DNA of 64,000 nt from Eledone cirrhosa (lineage: Eukaryota): NCBI GenBank assembly GCA_964016885.1, contig OZ024741.1, positions 85,436,001-85,500,000 on the forward strand, read 5' to 3'. The notes beneath the pieces are model-generated. The model did no database searches. It was not told where the DNA came from and saw only the letters and a list, made by a program, of their open reading frames with translations. Positions 53,760 to 64,000 of this stretch are shown in pieces (the first letter of the stretch is position 1; every line of letters begins with the position of its first letter). Made by a program: the position numbers and the translations under genes.

Positions 53760-55262
53760 TGGTGGCTGCCAACTCGTTTTCGAGTACGGCCACTACTTTA
53801 TATCCATGTAGGAGAACCCCTACTGATGCGCTGAACGGCTGACTTTTTAGTCCAGCCAGCGACTTGAAAACTCTGGTGCAAACACTACACTTGTGACAAT
53901 TATTGACACATAGTGCTGGGCCCATGGTACCATGTGACGACAAGTGCAGAGAGATCTCCAGATATAAAGCAATGCCTGTGCCGTGACGCTTTTATAGTGA
54001 GCACATACATACATACATGGTGGCTGCCAACTCGTTTTCGAGTACGGCCACTACTTTATATCCATGTAAGAGAACCCCTACCGATACGCTGAACGAGTGT
54101 GACGTTTTAGTCCAGCCAGCGACTTGAAAACTCTGGTACAAACACTACACTTGTGACAATTATTGACACATAGTGCTGGGCTCATGTTACCATATGACGA
54201 CAAGTGTAGAGAGATCTCCAGATATAAAGCAATGCCTGTGCCGTGAAGCTTTTATAGTGAGCAAAAGCACTGCACAAAGCCAGTCCCACTCTCTTAACCA
54301 AGATGATATTTACCAAAAAGAAGAACAAGTCAACATCATTGGATACCATCAGGGTTGCAGGTGTTATATCAGAGTTTTCCTTCTCCTAGAATTCTGCCTT
54401 GACAAAAGCTAAGGGGTGATCTCTCCTGGTGATTTTGGATGGCCATTGCCTCTTAAGAGCTCCTTTGGCCTGTGACAGGTTGTTTTTTTTGTCCTGCAGG
54501 ATGTCCAAAGTCACCCTCCTCACCAAGAAACCTTGGTGGGGTTGCCAGTTTAGTCGCCAATGACCCGACATACATACATACATACATACATACATACATA
54601 CATACATACATACATACATACATACATACATACATACATACATACATACATACATACATACATACATGGTGGCTGCCAACTCGTTTTCGAGTACGGCCAC
54701 TACTTTACATCCATATAGGAGAACCCCTAAACAAGTGTGACTTTTTAGTCCAGCCAGCGACTTGAAAACTCTGGTACAAACACTACACTTGTGACAATTA
54801 TTGACACATAGTGCTGGGCCCATGGTACCATGTGACGACAAGTGCAGAGAGATCTCCAGATATAAAGCAATGCCTGTGCCGTGAAGCTTTTATAGTGAGT
54901 AAAGGCACTGCACAAAGCCAGTCCCACTCTCTTAACCAAAATGATATTTACCAAAAAGAAGAACAAGTCAACATCATTGGATACCATCAGAGTTGCAGGT
55001 GTTATATCAGAGTTTTCCTTCTCCTAGAATTCTGCCTTGACAAAGGCTAAGGGGTCATCTCTCCCGGTGATTTTGGATGGCCATTGACTCTTAAGAGCTC
55101 CTTTGCCCTTTGACAGGTTTTGTTTTTAGTCCCGCAGGATGTCCAAAGTCACCCTCCTCACCAAGAAACCTTGGTGGGGTTGCCAGTTTAGTCGCCAACG
55201 ACCCGACCATGAGACAGGTTGTACTGGGATACATGTTACCAGTAGCACCAACTGGTGACCTG
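53760..55262 (-). mobile_element. Tandem array of three non-autonomous RTE-derived elements (53760-54002, 54018-54570, 54667-55262) separated by (CATA)n
   Basis: Shared 3' ends and variable 5' truncation; the longest is ~600 bp. Confidence 0.8.
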
Positions 55263-55323
55263 ACATGTATGTATGTATGTATGTATGTATGTATGTATGT
55301 ACACATGTACATACATACATACA

Positions 55324-55354
<31 letters not shown>

Positions 55355-55417
55355 GTATGTATATACATACGTATATACATACGTATGTATGTATATACAT
55401 ACATACATACATACATA

Positions 55418-57100
55418 TTGGTAAAACTTTGTGAAATTATAAAACTTTGTGAAATTATAAAACCAGAAGAACATACATACATACATACATACATACATAC
55501 ATACATACATACATACATACATACATACATACATACATACATACATACATACATACATACATACATACATACATACATACACTTTGAAGGATACGCTTTT
55601 GCAATCCAAGAACAGGAGATTAGCACGAAATAAGTGATTCACAAAAGAAATAGGGATGCAGGCAAAACATCTAGATGTGATAACAAGTGCAGACTCTGCA
55701 GAACTAACATCGAGGATATCACCTATGTCATAAGCAGCTGTCCAAAGATGTCATCGCGGTACTATCTACCTATGAGGCCTGATGTAGTGGCCAAAACACT
55801 GTACAATGTAGTTCGTAAAAAAGATAGCCCCGATAATAAACATATTAAAAGCTACAGCAATGTGGAAGACATCCATGTACATAATATGAAAGAGTACTGG
55901 TGGAATGTTCCAGTAAAAACCCCAATAAAATGCAGGCATAACAGACCAGATATTATGATATGGGACAGGCAGAAGTAATCATGCACAGTAGTGGAAATTA
56001 ACTGCCCAGCAGATGCCAATATATCAAAGATTAGTGAAAGGGAGAATATTTATGCAGAACTGATGAGAAATCTGCAGATACTCCACCCTGATTACACCTT
56101 CAGATTTATGCCTGTGATTATTGGGGCACTGGGATATGTTAGTAACTGCCTCAATACAAATCTTGAGAAGCTAGGCTTCACAGGAACAGAAAGAAAACAA
56201 CTAGTTAGGAAACTACAAGTACAATCCATTAATGGAACAGTAAAAATATGTAAAACATTCCAAAAATTTTGCATCTAATGACTGCATATACACATGTACA
56301 GATACAAAGCATATACACATGCACACATACAACTCAAAACATCCACATCCACACATACAATAACATCCATATCTACACATGCATACATATATATCTACCT
56401 AGTTGATGTTGTGTAAATTCCAATGAGTGAGTCTTGTGTCTATGTTAGAAACTGACTCTCTCTCTATTGGTAAAACTTTGTGAAATTATAAAACCAGAAA
56501 AACATACATACATACATAAATACATACATACATAAATACATACATACATACATACATACATACATACATACATACATACATACATACATACATACATACA
56601 TACATACATACATACATACATACATACATGAAAAGGAGAATATTTATGCAGAACTGATGAGAATCTGCAGATACTCCACCCTGATTACACATTCAGATTT
56701 ATGCCTGTGATTATTGAGGCACTGGGATATGTTAGTAACTGCCTCAATACAAATCTTGAGAAGCTAGGCTTCACAGGAACAGATTGAACACAACTAGTTA
56801 GGAAATTACAAGTACAATACATTAATGGAACAGTAAAAATATGTGAAACATTTCAAAAATTTTGCATCTAATAACTGCATATACACATGTATAGATACAA
56901 AGCATATACACATGCACACATACAACTCAAAACATACACATCCACATATACATTAACATCCATATCTACACATGCATGCATACATACATATCTACCTAGT
57001 TGATGTTGTGTAAATTCCAATGAGAGAGTCTTGTGTCTATGTTAGAAACCGACTCTCTCTCTATTGGTAAAACTTTGTGAAATTATAAAACCAGAAGAAC
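55418..57100 (+). mobile_element. Three tandem 5'-truncated R4/Dong-like 3' ends (55418-55471, 55580-56502, 56630-57099), each followed by (CATA)n
   Basis: CRLC zinc knuckle region, RPDIMIWD...VVEINCP RLE motif and a common terminus gaaattataaaaccagaa(g/a)aa. Confidence 0.85.
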
Positions 57101-57286
57101 ATACATACATACATCTGTGTGTGAAATTTTATAAACGGTGGATTGACTGCACCTGAAATTCATGGGTGCAGTCTTGTTACACAATGCTTTCCATTGATTC
57201 CATTTGAAAAACGTGTCAGGAATATACAACCATTTGTTCACTAATTAAAAAAAATCGTTCAAACAATTAGACTAACGGCTCCTTAC

Positions 57287-57470
57287 CTGTGGTCTGGAAG
57301 GTCAGTACTTGGGCTCCCTGAGCTAAATTCAAATTTTCAAGTACTTTGTTATAAACATGACATGTACATGCTATTGGGTAGCCATTCATCTCTGGGTATA
57401 AACATTTCTGTTTTGGGATTGATATTATCTCAGCAAAGTAATCTGGGTAGAGAGTAACTGTAGCAAGGAT
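57287..57470 (-). CDS. Candidate internal exon (184 nt, phase 0-1) of an unidentified minus-strand gene: ILATVTLYPDYFAEIISIPKQKCLYPEMNGYPIACTCHVYNKVLENLNLAQGAQVLTFQTT
   Basis: tttctcttAG acceptor and CAG/GTAAGG donor on -. Only one frame is open across it, and the sequence is non-repetitive. No partner exon was found and the protein was not recognised. Confidence 0.45.
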
Positions 57471-58689
57471 CTAAGAGAAATCTCATATAAAAATAAAGGT
57501 GTTCTTTGGTAAACAAAATATTGCGAGCCATAGTACTAAACGTTCATATCTTCAATTTAAGGTGGAACCGCTCGACATCGTGCACATATGATCGTACTCT
57601 TATGAAAGATCTGATGAAGAAAATAGAGATAAAAAAATAATGATTCTTTTCTTTGTAAAATGTTTTTTTTTAATGTGAATGAAAATATTTGTGTGTGAGT
57701 GCGTGTGTGCGTGTGTGCTTTGTGTCAGTGTCTGTGTATATGCAAGTGCGTGTAGAATTCTTTCCACGGACATTTATATTTTGATAGAATTCTAGGGTTG
57801 ACGTCATGACATTTAAATCTTCTTCGGGTTTAAGGACACAAGATTTATTTCGGAGAATGAGAGGGTGTGAGCACGAGAGAGAAAGAAAGTGAGAAAAGGG
57901 AATGTAATAAAAATCGACCCCAGTAATGGACTAGTACATTATTTTATCGACCTCTCATCTCGATGGGACGAATGCCATAAAAAAATCATATCACGACTCT
58001 GCCAAATCACTGCCATTTTCTGAAAATATTTAACGAATATCGTTTTCTGAAAATGTTAACACGTAGATTTACCTATAGATATTTTCGCCGGAAAAATGTG
58101 TTATTTTATCTACCAGAGATCCCTTATCTCTGTCCGATCGCTGGTGTAATTCTATCGTCTCTTTATTATTTATTAATATACAATCTGATCGTTATTTATA
58201 AATATATAATCTTGTCGTTATTTATAAATCTATTGTCTGATTCTTAATTAAATATCTTTGATGTTTTTTTTTATTAACAAATCTATCATCCGTTATTTGT
58301 TATTAATAAATATATTATCTGTTTCTAAATAATAAATCTATTATTTGTTTATCATTTCTAAATTGATTATAGTTTGTTTTGGTTTAATAAAACTGTGTAT
58401 CCGTTTTGGTTATTAATAAGATATTGATCTCATATTAAGAACAGTTGATCGCAACTTAAGCACATAAAAAGAATTTTGTCTAATTCGCCATCAATAGACT
58501 GGAACTACTGATGCTAACAAAACTTTCTTACATTTCGAGACCTCATACTTAAGTAGAGTAATGGTAGAGGTAATGGAGTCGTGGGAACGCCATTCTGACA
58601 CTCGGCGTGTCTTGGACATTCTAAACCTGGCGGTGTCCACTCCTATCCAGGCCTGAACACAGCTGATATCTTCCAGAAAGAAAAAGAGA

Positions 58690-59300
58690 ATCTACCCCTA
58701 GTGTTGGTACTTTATTTAACCTCGCAATAATGAAGTGTAATGTTGACCCCAACAAGATATGAACTCAGAGCACAGTGAACAAGAACAAATGCCAAAGCAT
58801 ATTTTTTTAATCCGCCGCTTTGAAACTTAAGTAAGAAATACATAATAGTAACTATGATTTCTAATTTAGGTATATGGCCAGCTATTTTAGAGGGAAGGAT
58901 AAGTTGATTATACCTATGTTAGTATTTAAATAGTACATTATTTTATTGACACCGGAAGGATGAACTGTAAATCTAACCTCAGTGGGATTTGAACACAGAA
59001 TGTAAAGGACCGTAGCCAGTAACTCGAAGTTCGACGCTGTAACGAGTTTACCAATCCATAATAATGGCTTCTGATTTAGACACAACGCCAACAATTTGGA
59101 GGAGGGGAAGTCAATTAAATCGACCCAGTGCATTACTGGTGCTTTATTTTATCGACCCCGTAAGGGTGAAAGAGAAAGCTGACCTCGGAAATGTTTTCTA
59201 ACATTGGCACAGAGCCAACAATTTGAAGTGAGGTGGAGTTGGTCATACTGACCTCAGCAGATGAATGGTATTTTATTTTATCGATCTCAAAGGTATGGAA
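58690..59300 (-). mobile_element. Cluster of diverged family 1 SINEs
   Basis: Repeated attttatcgaccc / ggatttgaac(t/a)caga body motifs. Confidence 0.65.
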
Positions 59301-59558
59301 CAGCAAAATTGCATTTCTTGTTCTTCGAGGTTTTTGTAACGACCCTCCAAAATTCTATTGTTTGCAATACTTTTCATGATACCCCAGAAGTGTCCTCTGA
59401 GGTATCGTTACGTTTCAAATGTTGTCATCAATAAGACGCTTCCCTATCTGGTTCTAGAGAAGGTCATCACAAATAGTCCTTGCTCAAAGAAAAATTTATA
59501 TGTTTGTATGTTTGTATGAAATCCATGAATTCCACGTACGTATGCACATACACAAACA

Positions 59559-59673
<115 letters not shown>

Positions 59674-59839
59674 TATGTAGAAAATTACTACTTAGCGAGG
59701 AACTACACGACCAGTACAATGAGGACGAATCATTAGCTAGAAATAGAAGCAACTACACACGATAAGCAAAATAAGAATAAATTTCTTAACCAATTCTGCG
59801 AACACATTACAAATTACCCATATTAATACCTACACAGAC

Positions 59840-60105
59840 AAAAACACAGGCCAAACTTCTAGGAGAAGGCAACTCAGGAAACTGGGATAACTCCGACATA
59901 AAATCTGCGGCTCAGTAGTTACCGATGATGTTGATCTTTTCTTCTTTTCGGGTTATAGCTCAGAGAGTGGGATTGGCTCAGGGCAGTGTTTCCTCACTTT
60001 AAACTTTCTTCACGCACAGGCATTGCACGATAGAATTAATTAATAATTATTAATAATGCTATATCGTGCAATGGCCATACTCGATAACGAGGGGGCAGCC
60101 ATCAT
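59840..60105 (+). mobile_element. Short non-autonomous RTE derivative (5' UTR-like part joined to the LINE 3' tail)
   Basis: ttctaggagaagg...gcacaggcattgc is shared with 40290-40450. Tail cgtgcaatggccatactcgataacgagggggcagccatcat is identical to the LINE tail at ~49784-49823. Confidence 0.65.
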
Positions 60106-60185
60106 GTATGTATGTATGTATGTATGTATGTATGTATGTATGTATGTATGTATGTATGTATGTATGTATGTATGTATGTATGTAT

Positions 60186-63100
60186 GTTCTTCTGGTTTTA
60201 TAATTTCACAAAGTTTTACCAATAGAGAGAGAGTCGGTTTCTAACATAGATACAAGACTCTCTCATTGGAATTTACACAACATCAACTAGGCAGTTATGT
60301 ATGTATGCATGCATGTGTAGATATGGATGTTATTGTATGTGTGGATGTGTATATTTTGAGTTGTATGTGTGCATGTGTATATGCTTTGTATCTGTACATG
60401 TGTATATGCAGTTATTAGATGCAAAATTTTTGGAATGTTTTACATATTTTTACTGTTCCATTAATGGATTGTACTTGTAATTTCCTAACTAGTTGTGTTC
60501 TTTCTGTTCCTGTGAAGCCTAGCTTCTCAAGATTTGTATTGAGGCAGTTACTAACATATCCCAGTGCCCCAATAATCACAGGCATAAATCTGAAGGTGTA
60601 ATCAGGGTGGAGTATCTGCAGATTTCTCATCAGTTCTGCATAAATATTCTCCCTTTCACTAATCTTTGATATATTGGCATCTGCTGGGCAGTTAATTTCC
60701 ACTACTGTGCATGATTACTTCTGCCTGTCTCATATCATAATATCTGGTCTGTTATGCCTGCATTTTATTGGGGTTTTTACTGGAACATTCCACCAGTACT
60801 CTTTCATATTATGTACATGGATGTCTTCCACATTGTTGTAGCTTTTAATGTGTTTATTATCGGGGCTATCTTTTTTACGAATTGCATTGTACAGTGTTTT
60901 GGCCAGTACATCATGCCTCATAGGTAGATAGTACCGCGATGACATCTTTGGACAACTGCTGATGACATGGGTGATATCCTCGATGTTAGTTCTGCAGAGT
61001 CTGCACTTGTTATTACATCTAGGTGTTTTGCCTGCATCCCTATCTCTTTTGTGAATCAGGTATTTCGTGCTAATCTCCTGTTCCTGGATTGCAAAAGCGT
61101 ATCCTTCAAAGTGGGAGCCAATATAGCGGTTGTTGGTCCTAGATAGACTACTTTCCTTATCTATATTACTCTCACTCTGGAGCTTCCTGGCAACATATCC
61201 AAGCATGATTTTTTGCTGATAGGCATGCAGTTTTTCATCCATGGATTCACTGCGATACTACTGAGCGACATCCCTGGGTGTGAGTTTTTGATTATCACAC
61301 AGAGAATATCTCTCGAAGAGTTCCTTCCCAACTCTCATGATCTTATCTGTTTCATGCAGGTAGACTTGCTCGAGAAACGGGCTCCTACGCTTCGAGGTTC
61401 GTAGATATTGTCGGAGAGATATGATGCGACATTCAAATGTTGTCTGGACTGATGCTAGGCCTCTGCCTCCCTGCTTACGTTTCAAGTAAAGGCGGTCTAT
61501 GTCACTGTTGAGGTGGAAGTTTCCGGTGTTGTTTAGTATTTTTCGAGCACCAACATCAACTTCTCGGATTTCGTCTACCGTCCAATTGAGTATTCCAAAC
61601 GTTGGTGTTAGGACAGGCACAGCAAACACATTGTAGGCCACTGTTTTATTTTGCGCAGAGTGTTCCGATGACCAGATCTTTCTTAATCGGTGTAGTATTC
61701 CCTGGTTACGCGTTCCTTATTACAGATACCATTATAGGATATGGTCTCGTCTATCCCCATGTATCTGTAGCAGTCCTCATCAGATATCGGTGAAACAGTT
61801 AGGCCATTGATGACAATGTTGCTAGATTGGGTTGTTGTTTTTCCCCGCTTTACAGTCATGTATGAGCATTTATCTTGGCCAAACTCCATTCCTATATCCT
61901 TTGAGAACGTTGTAACCAGGTCAAGATTTTTCTTCATCCCATCCATGTTCTTGGCATAGAGTTTCAGATCGTCCACAAAGAAATTATGGGTTAGGTTCGT
62001 ATTTCTGTCCTCCTGTGAGCCAATGATGTATCCCTCACATTTCTTGAGCAGAAAGGACAAGGGGTTTAAGGACAAGGTGAATAATATCACATAGAGACTG
62101 TCCCCCTGAAATATACCCCTGCAATATTTTATTTTATCAGTGAAAATAGAGTCCTCCTTCTCTGTCTTTAACCTTAGGATAGTAGCCCAAGAAGAAGACA
62201 GCCTCTCTATGGCTCTGATAATAATGTCTGGGACTTTAGCAAGTTGGAGGGCCTCTATCATCCAAGAGTGGGGAACAGAATCGAAAGCTTTCCTGTAGCC
62301 CAGCCAAACTGTAGCCATATTCCTCCTAAGTTGTCGCAACTCCGACATCGCATTTTTGTTGATTAGGAGTTGTTCAGCACATCCCCAAACCCCGTTCTTT
62401 CCAGCTGCTTGTTCATCTGTGATGATGTTATTATTTTCACAGTGATCTTGGAGGAATAGGTCCAGGCAGGCTGTATACATCTTATACATCAGATTCTGGC
62501 ATGCAATGGGTCGGTAGTTTTTTGCCAAGTGGGTGTCTTTGTTCTTGGGGACCAGTAATGTTTGTGCTAATGTCAACCATTCTGGTATAAGTGTATCTAC
62601 CTTAAGAACTTGTTAGTAGAGGTCAGTAAGATACCTCCGATACAATATCAGTTTTTTTGTACCAGTAGCCGACAATCATGTCTCTTCCTGGTGTTTTCTT
62701 ATCTTGGAGTTTTCCTATCACAGTCTCAAGAGTACCCTCACTTATTTCGTATGTTTTTGTTGTAGTGTAGGAGCAATAGTTCTTTGGGATTTCTCTTAGC
62801 CACACTGCATCTTGGTTGAAATTCTTCTTTTTACCCCATATTTTGCTCCAAAAGGAATCTATGTCTTTCTGGGATGGGGCCTCAGTGACACTTATTATTT
62901 TGTTCTTCATATCTCTATAGACTGATGTTTGGTTTCGTCTGAATCTTTTATTAAGCACTTTTCTCTCATCTACCTTCTTCAGGTATCGGCGTTTTTCGCT
63001 AGCAGCTCTCAATTCTTGTTGAAGGGTGATCAGCTTATATTGAAGACTTCTGGTTCTACCAGACATCGTCTCTATTTTATTTCTCACTCTTTGTTGGTGA

Positions 63101-64000
63101 GGAGTGAGATCTTTTTGTGTTTGTTTGCATGTAAGGAGCATTGTCACATATCCTATGGTTTTTCGTAGGTCAACAATCTTTTTTTCTATTTTAGTTATAT
63201 ATGATGGTATTTTTGGTGGTGTTCTGTTCTTGTTAATATCTCTGCTATCACCAAGATAATGCTTCACTGTCGTTGCTAGGGCATATAAACAGGCATTGAT
63301 TTGCCAAAATGTTTGGATTTTTATCCGTCGTAAATATTCATCCCCTATTTAGTCAATAACACGTAATATTTCATTATTTGGTTTTTTATTAAACATTGTC
63401 GTTTTAATACGTTCAGCAAGAGAGATATTTATACATGAATTAATTTCTCTTTGGAAGATTTCGTTGAGGGAAATTTTCAATTGTTTATACTTTTGATTAT
63501 TATCATTATCGATAGTATTTTCCACAACAGTCGAGGTAGACTCAGATGGTACACGCGGTGTGAAATTTCTTCGATTATTATTATTATTGCTTCGATTTTT
63601 ATTATTATCGATAGTGTTTTCCCCAGCATTCGAGGTAGACTTAGATGGTACAGGTGGTGTCAAGTTTCTTACAAGCATAGTTGTTTCAAGGCGCTGTTCG
63701 ACCTGGCTGCTCGGAAGTCTAGTAGCATGGCGATCTGTAGCACGTGTTGTTGATAACATGTTTGTTGTGGGGGACTTACAATTAATAATATTTATCTTAT
63801 TTTTACGTTCAACAAACGTCGCTTGTTGGCGTAATTGTTTCGCTGTGAAATAATTTAGCTCTGGGTGTATTTCGTCCCAGTGTAGCTTCATTTTGTTCAT
63901 ATAGCCAATGGAGGGATTTTGTTGCCATTTTATAACAATTAAATAAATCATTATTAAGTTCGCAACTCCAAGAGAAATGCGATTTATAATTTCGGTCTCT
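60186..64000 (-). mobile_element. R4/Dong-like non-LTR retrotransposon (RT, CCHC and RLE), several frameshifts, running off the window end
   Basis: NYRPIACQ, EQLLINK, GIFQGDSL, FVDDLKLYA, CRLC..H..SC..RHD and RPDIMI; the 3' end abuts (TATG)n. Confidence 0.92.

Overview
Eukaryotic, AT- and microsatellite-rich, repeat-dominated animal DNA. The SINE, RTE and Penelope repertoire suggests an octopus/coleoid genome, which is my inference. Host coding sequence is sparse. Five phase-consistent GT-AG exons on + (5443-5583, 11619-11737, 14607-14724, 25449-25499, 30819-30908) encode a coiled-coil protein resembling the C-terminal part of CCDC148; its last exon was not found. There is one orphan candidate exon on - (57287-57470). 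The rest is mobile DNA: tRNA-derived SINEs, non-autonomous Helitrons, Penelope-like GIY-YIG fragments, Tx1/L1 fragments, RTE LINEs (one near full length) with non-autonomous derivatives, and R4/Dong-like RLE retrotransposons in (CATA)n arrays. A 200-N gap lies at 42510-42709. The most notable signal is non-coding. A ~305-316 nt, highly structured, circularly permuted repeat family (7771-8420, 20817-21295, ~35385-35600) carries an extended type I hammerhead ribozyme with compensatory stem changes, consistent with a retrozyme-like circular-RNA element. About ten other hammerhead-like motifs from unrelated families occur, most in or near (TA)n tracts and several in inverted duplications. Most ORFs in the supplied track are microsatellite artefacts. 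Repeat boundaries were read by eye and are approximate unless junction motifs are given.
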